DNA from: a virus
Lineage: Duplodnaviria > Caudoviricetes
Reading direction: 5' to 3' (one strand)
IMG/VR virus record: IMGVR_UViG_3300013212_000038
Span: 1 to 53,319 of that record
Length of the DNA: 53,319 nt
In this document: positions 36,287-44,241 of the stretch, piece after piece
How positions within the stretch are numbered: position 1 is the stretch's first letter
Layout: every line of letters begins with the position of its first letter
The notes under the pieces: model-generated
Databases searched by the model: none
What the model saw: the letters and a program-made list of their open reading frames with translations, nothing else
Told to the model about the DNA's origin: nothing
Made by a program: the position numbers and the translations under genes

Positions 36287-36320
36287 ATCGTCATCGGCGC
36301 CGCTGGCGGCCGTGTGGGCG
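36287..36320 (-). promoter_or_regulatory. Putative late promoter F
   Basis: CGCCCACAC (36312-36320)-N19-GACGAT (36287-36292). Confidence 0.6.
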
Positions 36321-36398
36321 GGACAGCAGGTAGGCCAGCAGCAGCCAGCCGCCAGCGACGACCAGCACGGCGATAGCGAGGAGTGCGATCAGGTCCAC
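36291..36398 (-). CDS. 35-aa single-TM peptide (not in the ORF track)
   Basis: MDLIALLAIAVLVVAGGWLLLAYLLSRPHGRQRRR with AAGGAG SD. Confidence 0.55.
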   Translation of the reverse strand: MDLIALLAIAVLVVAGGWLLLAYLLSRPHGRQRRR

Positions 36399-36438
36399 AG
36401 CCTCTCCTTGGACAGGCCGGCGCGGATCTCGACTCTGC

Positions 36439-36897
36439 TCATTGGGCCCAGTCCGGCACCTTCAGCTCGGCAGGCCAGCGGCCGGCGCTGATGATGAACA
36501 GCACCGTGCGGCGGGCCCATTCCTTCTCGACCTCGCGCCGCACGTCCCGAGGAAAGAGCGCGCCCTGGTCCAGCTGGGAATGGCAGCCGCGCTGCCCGGG
36601 GCGATCGACACAGAGCGGGAAGGAGAACAGGTCGCAGACCTTCAGCGCCATGCCCTTGCCGTTGTTGCCGTGGGCGTGCTGGCTGAAGCCTTCGATCCCG
36701 CAGAGCATGCACGGGAGGCTGGCCACCAGACGCCGGTAAGTCTCGCTGCGCACCGGCGCGGCCTTCGGCACCGGGACGGCTGCCCCGCTCACCGTGGCGG
36801 CCTCGCATGGCCTGGCCAGCCGGTACAGCGGCTGGGGCGGGCGCTCGCGCTCGGGGCGCTTGAAGCCCGACCGCTTCATGGGGGCTGAGCGCTTCAT
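36439..36897 (-). CDS. Ref/DUF1364/DUF968-like HNH-type nuclease
   Basis: LPCMLCG..QHAH..GKGMALK..PLC..CHSQLDQ. Confidence 0.8.
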   Translation of the reverse strand: MKRSAPMKRSGFKRPERERPPQPLYRLARPCEAATVSGAAVPVPKAAPVRSETYRRLVASLPCMLCGIEGFSQHAHGNNGKGMALKVCDLFSFPLCVDRPGQRGCHSQLDQGALFPRDVRREVEKEWARRTVLFIISAGRWPAELKVPDWAQ

Positions 36898-37436
36898 GCT
36901 GGCTCTGCCTCGCGCTCGCGCTGATGGGCAGCCTTGCGCTTCGGCGGGTGGTAGCGGACGGCGTCTCGCTCGTCGGTGGTGAATTGGAACTGCACGCCGA
37001 GCTCGGTGACAGCGTAGGCCAGAACTGCGTCGATGAACTCGCTGCGCGCCTTGCTCTTGAGGTCGAGCAGGCTCTTCTGCTTCTTCCGCGGCACCTTGCG
37101 GCGGGCCGGCCGCAGCTCGCCCGTGCCCTTGTCGACCACGAATGGCTGCCAGACCATCTCGAACTCGTCGGGTATGAAGCGATCCTTCAGGTAGCGCTTC
37201 CAGGTGTGGCGGTCGAACTGGCGGCCATTCACGAACACCTGCTCGGCGATCTGACCGAACACGGGGCCATGAAGAAATCTGAGCTGCCGCACGGTGAGGG
37301 TGTCCGCTTCCTCGCTCAGCGCAACGTGCGGGATCTGGCCGGCCTGCAGCATGGCCTCGCCGGCGCGGAAAACAGCGGTCATGCCCTCGCGCCACTGTGA
37401 CGGCGTGCGGGCGGTGCGTTCAAGGAGCGGGTTCAT
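36894..37436 (-). CDS. NinB-like recombination protein
   Basis: TVRQLRFLHG, QIAEQV, WKRYLK, SEFIDAVLAYA..GVQF. Confidence 0.75.
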   Translation of the reverse strand: MNPLLERTARTPSQWREGMTAVFRAGEAMLQAGQIPHVALSEEADTLTVRQLRFLHGPVFGQIAEQVFVNGRQFDRHTWKRYLKDRFIPDEFEMVWQPFVVDKGTGELRPARRKVPRKKQKSLLDLKSKARSEFIDAVLAYAVTELGVQFQFTTDERDAVRYHPPKRKAAHQREREAEPA

Positions 37437-37660
37437 GCCGTGGTCCTTTCATTCGCGGCGGCCTGCACCTGGTCGTGGGTGACGCCGTAGTGCGCGAGCT
37501 GCGCGCGGTACTCCTTGACCTGCTTCCCCTCTGCCCGGCTTCGGTGGAACCACGGGCCGGCGGCGATGTCGCGGGCGCAGCAGGCCTTGCAGGAGCGCTG
37601 GAAGATGTAGTGCGGGCCCTGGGCTGCAGCGTCGCAGTGCGGGCAGATCGGCGCGCTCAC
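37433..37660 (-). CDS. Small zinc-finger protein
   Basis: CPHC...CKAC; GTG start overlapping the upstream stop. Confidence 0.65.
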   Translation of the reverse strand: MSAPICPHCDAAAQGPHYIFQRSCKACCARDIAAGPWFHRSRAEGKQVKEYRAQLAHYGVTHDQVQAAANERTTA

Positions 37661-38202
37661 AGCTGGCAATCCTCAAAGGCCATGAGCGTGACGCCCTTGC
37701 GGCTTAGCCAGGACTCGCGCAACGCGGCCATCCAGGTCTTTCGCAGGATCACGCCGGGCCGGCGCATCTCGCCGATGAGTTCGTCTACCTGGATCAGCGC
37801 GCTACGGTCGGCGGAATCAAGGCCATACACGCCAGTGGCCTCGAAACGCTCGCGGGCCCGGTAGATGGACCAGCCGGCACGGTTGAAGAAGCGCAGCGCC
37901 GCGCGCAGCGCCTCAGGGTCAAGATGCTGCATCTCCTGGGCATGGTCCAGCGTCTTGCGGATTGCTCGGATGCTGGCCTCTATCAGGGTCATGATCTGCG
38001 TGCAATCGTCATCGGTGGCCCGGTGCTCCAGCAGCGCATCCATTGCGCGCCGCTCGCTGGCGCCCATGACGTTCCTGGCTTCGGAGCTCAGCGCAAAGAG
38101 CGGATTGATGGTCGGCACCTCAGCATGCCGGCGCGTTGGAGCGGCTCGCGCTGCCTTCTCGGCCTGGCGGCGCTGGGCGCGGTTCAGGGTGGCGACCATC
38201 AT
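37657..38202 (-). CDS. Hypothetical protein
   Basis: 181 aa, NRAQRR N-terminus, coupled to neighbours. Confidence 0.7.
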   Translation of the reverse strand: MMVATLNRAQRRQAEKAARAAPTRRHAEVPTINPLFALSSEARNVMGASERRAMDALLEHRATDDDCTQIMTLIEASIRAIRKTLDHAQEMQHLDPEALRAALRFFNRAGWSIYRARERFEATGVYGLDSADRSALIQVDELIGEMRRPGVILRKTWMAALRESWLSRKGVTLMAFEDCQL

Positions 38203-38714
38203 GCTGAGGCCCTCGCGACATCGAAGATGCTGGCCGTAGGCATGCGCTCCTTCCAGCTCTCGCCCTTCAGGACAGACGACGCCGTGCGGTGGTCGATGCC
38301 GTACCGATCAGCGATGTGCTGGATGGGCTGGGGCGGAAGCGCGCGAATCTCCCTCACCTTGTTCCAGTCCAGCTTTGTCATGCCGGATCGCTGCGCTTGC
38401 TCCAGGCGCTTGACGTAAGCTGAAGCGCCAGATCTGGCCCCCTTCCGATACGTCTCCTTCAGCACTTGGCCGTAGGTTCTGCACACGATGTGCGCAGGAG
38501 CCACGCACAGTGGATCGCCGCAGATCGAGGTGATGCGAGTGCGTGCGCCGTCCAGCTTCCCCCCGCGAAGCCAGAAGACGTAGCGGCGCACAAGCTGCGG
38601 CTTCCCGTCAAGATTGGCCTGCGGAGCCCCGGCGCTGTTCACGCTCAGCTTCCAGCGCAGGCAGTCACCGCACTCATCGCAGTACATGTGCAGGTTGTCA
38701 AGAGTGATCTTCAT
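38199..38714 (-). CDS. His-Me finger (HNH-like, possibly degenerate) protein with C-terminal HTH
   Basis: CLRW, CGDPLCVAPAH, KLDWNKVREIR..IADRYGI. Confidence 0.7.
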   Translation of the reverse strand: MKITLDNLHMYCDECGDCLRWKLSVNSAGAPQANLDGKPQLVRRYVFWLRGGKLDGARTRITSICGDPLCVAPAHIVCRTYGQVLKETYRKGARSGASAYVKRLEQAQRSGMTKLDWNKVREIRALPPQPIQHIADRYGIDHRTASSVLKGESWKERMPTASIFDVARASA

Positions 38715-38920
38715 TGCTGAACGCCCTCCTTGGCGCGAACGACGCTCACCGTTTCAAGAAGGCCTTCGCCAGCCAGCGCATGCACAACGGTCGCGGCCTG
38801 CTGGTAGGTGCAGTCGAACTTCTGCTGCATGTCGGCGTAGGTCAGGTACTCGCCGGGGTTGTCGCGATAGAACCTGCGCACGCGTGCCCGCAGGCTGTTG
38901 GGGCGGTACTCGTCGCTCAT
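38711..38920 (-). CDS. Small winged-HTH-like protein
   Basis: MSDEYRPNSL..FYRDNPGEYLTYADMQQKF..LAGEGLLE. Confidence 0.65.
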   Translation of the reverse strand: MSDEYRPNSLRARVRRFYRDNPGEYLTYADMQQKFDCTYQQAATVVHALAGEGLLETVSVVRAKEGVQQ

Positions 38921-39567
38921 GCTTGGGCCCCTCCCATAGCCATGGGCAGCGCGGCCAGCACAGGCGCCGCCGCCAGCCGCAGCGCAGCGGTGCCGCCGAC
39001 CAGCACCTGAAGGGCCGCCTCGTGGTTGCCAACCAGTCGAGGTGCTGGCGGCTTCATGCCGCGCTTCGCGTACTCGTCCGGGCCGCTGCCAGCGCCAGTC
39101 AGGCGGCTGGGGTACTCGGTCGGTACGCCGCGCGACGCATAGGCCCTGTAGGCCTCGCAGAAGCGGTGCTGCAGGTAGCTTTGCTCGTCGTAGGGCGTGC
39201 GGCAGATCTTGGGCCAGCCACCGAGGTCGGTGACGCACAGGTGGATGAGCGCGTCATCAAACACCACGTCGCTGTAGGCGCCGACGCTGGACATGGCGCC
39301 CGTGACCTTGCCCCAGGCCATCAGTGAGCGATCGGTCTGCGTGCCCTGCAGCGCGCGGACGATGCTGCCGATCTTGGGCACGAACTCGCCAACCTTGGGG
39401 TCTGGGTCGGACGTGAGAGCGTCCACGGCCTTGGTGACCTGCTCCAGCGAGTAGCCCTGCAGGCCACGCCAGTACACCATGATGATGGACGTGGAGACGG
39501 CCTGGCGGTGGTACGCGAACAGGCCGGCGATCAGCTCCGCGAACGCGGGCTTGTCGGTTTCGGTCAT
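38917..39567 (-). CDS. Replication initiator partner (DUF6475-like, putative helicase loader)
   Basis: GAYSDVVFDDALIH..LGGW..FCEAY; directly after the initiator. Confidence 0.7.
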   Translation of the reverse strand: MTETDKPAFAELIAGLFAYHRQAVSTSIIMVYWRGLQGYSLEQVTKAVDALTSDPDPKVGEFVPKIGSIVRALQGTQTDRSLMAWGKVTGAMSSVGAYSDVVFDDALIHLCVTDLGGWPKICRTPYDEQSYLQHRFCEAYRAYASRGVPTEYPSRLTGAGSGPDEYAKRGMKPPAPRLVGNHEAALQVLVGGTAALRLAAAPVLAALPMAMGGAQA

Positions 39568-40433
39568 GTGCTTGCTCCTGCGAACGCCGCGGCGGCGGCG
39601 AGGTTCTGGGCCTCAAGCTGCTCCTGACGGTTGAGGCCTGGGCGCTTGCCTGCAGCGATCTCGCACAGGCTCACCAGGTAGGTGTGTGGCTCCACGGGCG
39701 CCGGATGCACGTCCAGCAACCCGCGAGCGGCGGCCTTGAAGGTGTCAGCCCCGTACTTGGAACTGAGCGCCCCCAGCAGCACGCCAGCATCCTTGACGTC
39801 CTTGGCAGCCTGCCGCTCGACGAAGAGGGTTTTCAGGTCGCGCCATAGCTGGGCGTCAGCCTCCTGCGCAGCGGTCCTAGGCTTCGGTGCGCATGGCGGC
39901 GAAGGCGGCTGGCCGCCCGCTCCGCTAGGAGCGGAAGAATTGCCAGAAGGAGGAGATGGAGATGGAGCACCACGGGGACCTTTGCCCCCATCATTGGCCT
40001 CACCTTTGGGTGGCTTTGGTGCATCCTTTGGTGATGCTCCATTGGCTCCAGCTTCGGCACGTATGGTGCGGACGTATTCGTCCTTCACCATGCGTGTCGA
40101 GTACCAGATCGGGCCAGCTTGTGCGCCTATTAGTGTGACTGGATCCCCATCTTTCCGACCGCTACGGGGCACATAGATGAACGGCTCGCAATCGCCACTG
40201 TCGGCGCCCTTGAGAACGCGCTTATCAACCAGTTCCCGAACGTGCGACATGCTGGCGCCGGCTGCCTGAGCTATCTCCTTCAGGGGCCAACGCAGTACGC
40301 CATACTCGTCCTGATCGTGCATCAGGCACATGACGTCCAGCCAGACGCCACGAGCTGCTGGAGAGCAGCGGCGCAGATTCGCGTTACCCGTCCAATCGTC
40401 CGGGTAGAACTGAAACGATGGACGCTTCGTCAA
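39564..40433 (-). CDS. Phage replication initiator (O-like)
   Basis: KRPSFQFYPDDW..ARGVWLDVMCLMH, STRMVKD, PSPSP linker. Confidence 0.8.
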   Translation of the reverse strand: MTKRPSFQFYPDDWTGNANLRRCSPAARGVWLDVMCLMHDQDEYGVLRWPLKEIAQAAGASMSHVRELVDKRVLKGADSGDCEPFIYVPRSGRKDGDPVTLIGAQAGPIWYSTRMVKDEYVRTIRAEAGANGASPKDAPKPPKGEANDGGKGPRGAPSPSPPSGNSSAPSGAGGQPPSPPCAPKPRTAAQEADAQLWRDLKTLFVERQAAKDVKDAGVLLGALSSKYGADTFKAAARGLLDVHPAPVEPHTYLVSLCEIAAGKRPGLNRQEQLEAQNLAAAAAFAGAST

Positions 40434-40470
40434 GTGCGCCTCCCATCCCGGGAGGCGCCGTTCAGTTCAC

Positions 40471-40707
40471 TTAGAAGTCGCCGCCCTCGGGGCTGCCCGG
40501 CTTCTTTGCTTCGTTGCGAAGGGCTGTGGCAAGTTTCGCAGCGTGCGACTTCGGCAGCACGATGATGCTGTCGTCCCCTCCGAACTGATCCTGCTGACGA
40601 ATGACGATCTCGCCAGCAGTGTTGGTGTAGACAGCCAGTGCAGCAACGGAAGGCACAATCACAGATTCCTTGTTGTCCTGGTCCTGCCACCAGTGAACGT
40701 CGCTCAT
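40471..40707 (-). CDS. Hypothetical protein
   Basis: 78 aa, GGAGG SD, AVYTNTAGEIVIRQ. Confidence 0.7.
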   Translation of the reverse strand: MSDVHWWQDQDNKESVIVPSVAALAVYTNTAGEIVIRQQDQFGGDDSIIVLPKSHAAKLATALRNEAKKPGSPEGGDF

Positions 40708-40749
40708 GGTTCCTCCGAAGAATGATGGGGACGTAAATCGTAGCGGCGC

Positions 40750-41076
40750 TCATGCACGCTCCCAAATTCGACCGCCTGCAGTCCCATTGCCGCGCTTCCG
40801 CAGGCAGAAGCCGATGCAGCGGATGAGGCCGCGGCGCGCTAGCGAGGCGTAGACCGATCCAAGCGCCCGGCCATCCTTGAACGGGATGCCGCAGTCACGG
40901 CAGTAGTCAGTGCAGTCCTCACCGCTGGCCGGGCCAGTCGCGAGCTTGGCCAGGATCGCCGCCTCAGCCCGGGCGCTGAAGTCGGGGCACTCGCGCTCTG
41001 CCTTGTCAAGCGCCAAAGCGGCGCCGCGGTCGCCCAGGCGGCGCGAGAAGTCCAGCACGAGCTGGGCCTGTGTCAC
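40750..41076 (-). CDS. Winged-HTH-like protein
   Basis: RALGSVYASLARRGLI..IW. Confidence 0.65.
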   Translation of the reverse strand: MTQAQLVLDFSRRLGDRGAALALDKAERECPDFSARAEAAILAKLATGPASGEDCTDYCRDCGIPFKDGRALGSVYASLARRGLIRCIGFCLRKRGNGTAGGRIWERA

Positions 41077-41252
41077 GCTGCCTCCAACGCCTGCTGAGCG
41101 GCCTCACGGCCCTGAACGACACCCTCGATGCTGACGGAGGCCAGGCCGGTGATGCCGGCGACGTGCTCGACGGCTGCGATCGGGTCAAGCGATCGGCGCG
41201 CATCGTCGTAGAGGCGCAGGATCTGCGCGCGGGAGTAGATGGGATCAGCCAA
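41073..41252 (-). CDS. 59-aa hypothetical, possible HTH (not in the ORF track)
   Basis: TTG start with GAAGGAG SD; MADPIYSRAQILRLYDD..VAGITGLASVSIEGVV; GTGA overlap with the next gene. Confidence 0.55.
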   Translation of the reverse strand: MADPIYSRAQILRLYDDARRSLDPIAAVEHVAGITGLASVSIEGVVQGREAAQQALEAA

Positions 41253-41276
41253 CGGGATCTCCTTCAGGGGCGGGTT

Positions 41277-42092
41277 TCAGATGAGCGCGGGCTGCGCTTG
41301 GGGCTTGGGGGTAGAGGCCTCGGCGGCCAGTTCGTCGAACAGGTCAGCCGGGCCGGTGATGCGAAGGCGCACGCCCTCGTTCACGCTGCTGAGCAGGCCC
41401 GAGCAGTTGGCTTTGCCCGGGTAGATCGCGACCCGGCAGCGCAGCGTCACGCGCTGGCCGTCGATCGGGTGCACGACGAAGTTGCTGATGTCGGCGCCAT
41501 GGAAGGCGGCCCGGTTGATCTCGACCGTGGCGTCCTCGATGCGGTGCTCGTAGGCGATGGGCTTCAGTGCCTTGTTGCGCACCACGCGGCCGCCAGGGAT
41601 GTGCTGGTACAAGAACGCCGGCAGCATCGGGTCGAAGTAGGCGCAGACGCCGGCGTCGATGCCCTGCAGCTCCACGTTGAGCACGATGGCAAGGTAGCGC
41701 TTTTCCTCGGGCCCACGCTTGCCGGCGGAGACGATGGAGAAGGTGGCGACGCCCTGCACGTCGAACTGGCTCGCGGCGCGCTTGGGTGCCTCGGGCTTGG
41801 CAGGCTGCTGGCGCGGGGCCGGTGGCCGCACCGGGAAGCAGCGGCCCTCGGCCTGCATGCGCTCCCGGCGGCGCAACTCGCATTCCGCACAGTGGGACTG
41901 CTGGCCCACCGGCAGGACCTTGAACGCCGTCTTGCGATTGCCGGCATGCTTGCCGACATCGGTCCTGCGCACAACCTTGCCACCAGCAGCATGCGAGGCC
42001 ACGAGGAACTCCACCCACTGCTGCTGGGTGTCGAAGCACGCGGGGCGGGCTGGTGCCTCGTCGCGGATAAGTCGGAGAAGGTCAGTGCGCAT
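41277..42092 (-). CDS. Two-domain hypothetical protein
   Basis: N-terminal Cys motif domain (PACF..HCAEC..GRC), Pro linker, beta-rich C-terminal domain. Confidence 0.65.
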   Translation of the reverse strand: MRTDLLRLIRDEAPARPACFDTQQQWVEFLVASHAAGGKVVRRTDVGKHAGNRKTAFKVLPVGQQSHCAECELRRRERMQAEGRCFPVRPPAPRQQPAKPEAPKRAASQFDVQGVATFSIVSAGKRGPEEKRYLAIVLNVELQGIDAGVCAYFDPMLPAFLYQHIPGGRVVRNKALKPIAYEHRIEDATVEINRAAFHGADISNFVVHPIDGQRVTLRCRVAIYPGKANCSGLLSSVNEGVRLRITGPADLFDELAAEASTPKPQAQPALI

Positions 42093-42094
42093 GG

Positions 42095-42385
42095 TCAAGC
42101 GGACCTTTTCCTGGCCACGTTCTTGGACAGTGCGGAGATGCGGGCCTCGTGGAGACTGACCAGGAACTCCTCTCCAAAGACAGTGACCATGACCAATTCG
42201 CGCAAGCAATCCGAGACCGACCCGTACCCGTGGTTGCGGGCGAACACCCGCAACGCATCGGCCGTGTCGTCATCCAGAAGCGTCTTCACGACCACATCGA
42301 ACTTGCCGCCGATGGCGGCCGATGTCGGCCTGGAAGGCGTAGCCAGCCCCTTCGTGCGGGACGTGGTCTGCCGGGCCCTGCTCAT
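42095..42385 (-). CDS. CII-position regulator (RHH-like)
   Basis: VVKTLLDDDTADALRVFA..SVSDCLRELV; GGAGG SD. Confidence 0.65.
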   Translation of the reverse strand: MSRARQTTSRTKGLATPSRPTSAAIGGKFDVVVKTLLDDDTADALRVFARNHGYGSVSDCLRELVMVTVFGEEFLVSLHEARISALSKNVARKRSA

Positions 42386-42586
42386 GGGAGCCTCCGAGCT
42401 GCGGCTGATGGCGCTGTCGCTGGTAGAGAAAGCCCCAGGCCGTGAAGGCCGGGGGTGAAACCCTGCGCGCCGTTCGTGCCCTGGTGTTCAGCGGGGCCGG
42501 TCGCGAGGGAGGGAGGGAGATAGGCGGGAACCCTTCCCTGGGCTACGCTGGCGACACCCCTGTCACCACGCCCAAGGAGGGCTCCC

Positions 42587-42790
42587 ATGGCTACTGCGAA
42601 AGACTGCTTCTCAGAGAACCTGCGACTCATCGGCCGTCCTTCAACTGCGGATCTCGCTGCAGCGACGCAATGGAACCTGAATCAAGGGCTGCTCCTGCTT
42701 GCAGAGCAGTTAGAGCAGGTGCAGGCTGTTCAACGCCACCACGAGCAAACGCTGCAAACGCTGCTTCGACACGCTCGCGGGCAACTCTGA
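42587..42790 (+). CDS. Small coiled-coil protein antisense to the cro operon
   Basis: AAGGAGG SD; protein-like sequence with a heptad C-terminus. Confidence 0.55.
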   Translation: MATAKDCFSENLRLIGRPSTADLAAATQWNLNQGLLLLAEQLEQVQAVQRHHEQTLQTLLRHARGQL

Positions 42791-42896
42791 CTGGGACGCC
42801 GCTGGCCGCATCCACCAGGGTGCAGACCTGCGTTGCGGTCAGCCCGTTGGCATGGGCGCGCTCGATGGCGTGGAGTGCGTGGTTCAGTGCGTCCAT
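42627..42896 (-). CDS. Hypothetical protein after cro
   Basis: Starts 1 nt after the cro stop. Confidence 0.4.
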   Translation of the reverse strand: MDALNHALHAIERAHANGLTATQVCTLVDAASGVPVRVARERVEAAFAAFARGGVEQPAPALTALQAGAALDSGSIASLQRDPQLKDGR

Positions 42897-42897
42897 G

Positions 42898-43104
42898 TCA
42901 GGCCGCCTTGGCGAGCTTGCGGCGCGTCGCCTTCAGGTGGTCGCGGAGCCGAACGAGGGTTGCGTATCCCGGGTTCTCGATCCGGCCATTTGCGAACTTG
43001 GACAGCCACGAGTAGCTGACGCCTGCGCCAGCTGCAACGGCCTGCCAATCTCCCTTGCGCTCCTTCAAGGCTGCAAGGACTTCGGCATCAAGTGAGGTGC
43101 TCAT
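42898..43104 (-). CDS. Cro-like HTH repressor
   Basis: WQAVAAGAGVSYSWLSKFANGRIENPG; divergent from cI. Confidence 0.88.
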   Translation of the reverse strand: MSTSLDAEVLAALKERKGDWQAVAAGAGVSYSWLSKFANGRIENPGYATLVRLRDHLKATRRKLAKAA

Positions 43105-43111
43105 GCCCGGC

Positions 43112-43154
43112 AGCTTAGCAATAGATTGCTATTCCGGCAAGCAACACTTTGCTA
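43112..43154. promoter_or_regulatory. OR operators and PR
   Basis: TAGCAATAGATTGCTA (43116-43131) and AAGCAACACTTTGCTA (43139-43154); minus-strand TTGCCG-N17-TAAGCT. Confidence 0.85.
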
Positions 43155-43177
43155 GCTCGTCTTGGGACATTCCCGAG

Positions 43178-43594
43178 ATGAGCGACCTAGATATCAATGA
43201 AGTGCTGGCCCGGAACCTTCGGGCGACCATGAAGGGGAAGGGCGTCACGCAGACGGCACTGGGCGCCAAGAGCGGCGTCAAGCAGAACACGATCAGCCTC
43301 TACATGGCTCCAGAGAAGCGCAAGCAAGGGGCCTCGGGCAAGGCGCCGAGCGGAAAGCTCACCGAGGTGGCACTGATGGCCAAGGCACTAGACATGGAGG
43401 CTTGGCAGCTCCTGCTCCCAGAAGGTGCGACACCCCCACCCATGGATTACCGGGCAGCTGCTGAAGAGGTGGCCAGGAAGGTGCCTGACCCCACCAACCG
43501 CGACCTCTTCCTGAACTTCCTGAAGGCCGTGGATGGCTACATTGAGGAGCGCCAACGGATTGCAGTGTCAATAGCCGACACGCTGATTCGGTGA
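43178..43594 (+). CDS. CI-like XRE repressor without S24 peptidase domain
   Basis: LARNLRATM..TQTALGAKSGVKQNTIS..MAKALDMEAWQLL; 138 aa. Confidence 0.85.
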   Translation: MSDLDINEVLARNLRATMKGKGVTQTALGAKSGVKQNTISLYMAPEKRKQGASGKAPSGKLTEVALMAKALDMEAWQLLLPEGATPPPMDYRAAAEEVARKVPDPTNRDLFLNFLKAVDGYIEERQRIAVSIADTLIR

Positions 43595-43678
43595 ATGTTC
43601 ACACTGGCCGATCCTGCGACTGAACGATCATTTCTGACCGGGTGCAAGAATTGATACACGTAAACGTTTGTATCAATC

Positions 43679-43969
43679 ATGCAGGAACTGCACGGGCAGA
43701 ACGTCCACGTCGGCAGCATCCACGGACCGGTCTTGATTGCAGTCACGGACGACCTGGTGGATGTCCCAGAGGACAAAGCCAGGGACTGCCCGCAGTGCGG
43801 GGCGCGCACATGGGCCGGAAGCCGGTTCTGCCGGGCCTGCCACTGGGACTTCGACAGGGCAGCGCTCAAGCGGTTTCACGCTGTCAAACTGCTAGCTCTG
43901 TCGGCGTCGCTCAACGTGGTGTCCGCTGCGCTCCTTCTTTGGCAGGTAGCGCCATCATTTCTCCGCTAA
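43679..43969 (+). CDS. Zinc-ribbon membrane protein
   Basis: CPQC..FCRAC then a C-terminal TM helix. Confidence 0.65.
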   Translation: MQELHGQNVHVGSIHGPVLIAVTDDLVDVPEDKARDCPQCGARTWAGSRFCRACHWDFDRAALKRFHAVKLLALSASLNVVSAALLLWQVAPSFLR

Positions 43970-44040
43970 GGCCGAAAGGGTTATCCCTGAATCACCTCGT
44001 TCTAGGGGCTGTCAGGCTCACGCCCTCAGAGGAGGTTTGC

Positions 44041-44241
44041 ATGAAGGAATTCGAGCGGCGGCCAGACTTGGCAGCCCTGTGGAAGCACATCTCAACACCG
44101 GTCGATGAGCCGGAGGTGCAGAAGTCGCCGGCCGTCTCCATCAACGCCGTGCACGGCCCAGTGCTGTCCATCGTCACCAACCAGCCGGTCCAGATAGCGG
44201 AGCTGTGGGCCCAGGCATGTGCGCAGGGGAAGCGGCCATGA
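44041..44241 (+). CDS. Hypothetical protein
   Basis: GAGGAGG SD; ATGA-coupled to the lipoprotein. Confidence 0.6.
   Translation: MKEFERRPDLAALWKHISTPVDEPEVQKSPAVSINAVHGPVLSIVTNQPVQIAELWAQACAQGKRP

Noticed and set aside
6330-36320. CRISPR-like or REP reading of the GTGTGGGCG repeats
   Set aside because: Copies are short, dispersed, non-palindromic and strand-specific, with no spacer array.
37433-37660. Ogr/Delta activator call
   Set aside because: Has CxxC pairs but not the Ogr spacing or Y-x-x-C-x-N motif; kept only as a candidate.
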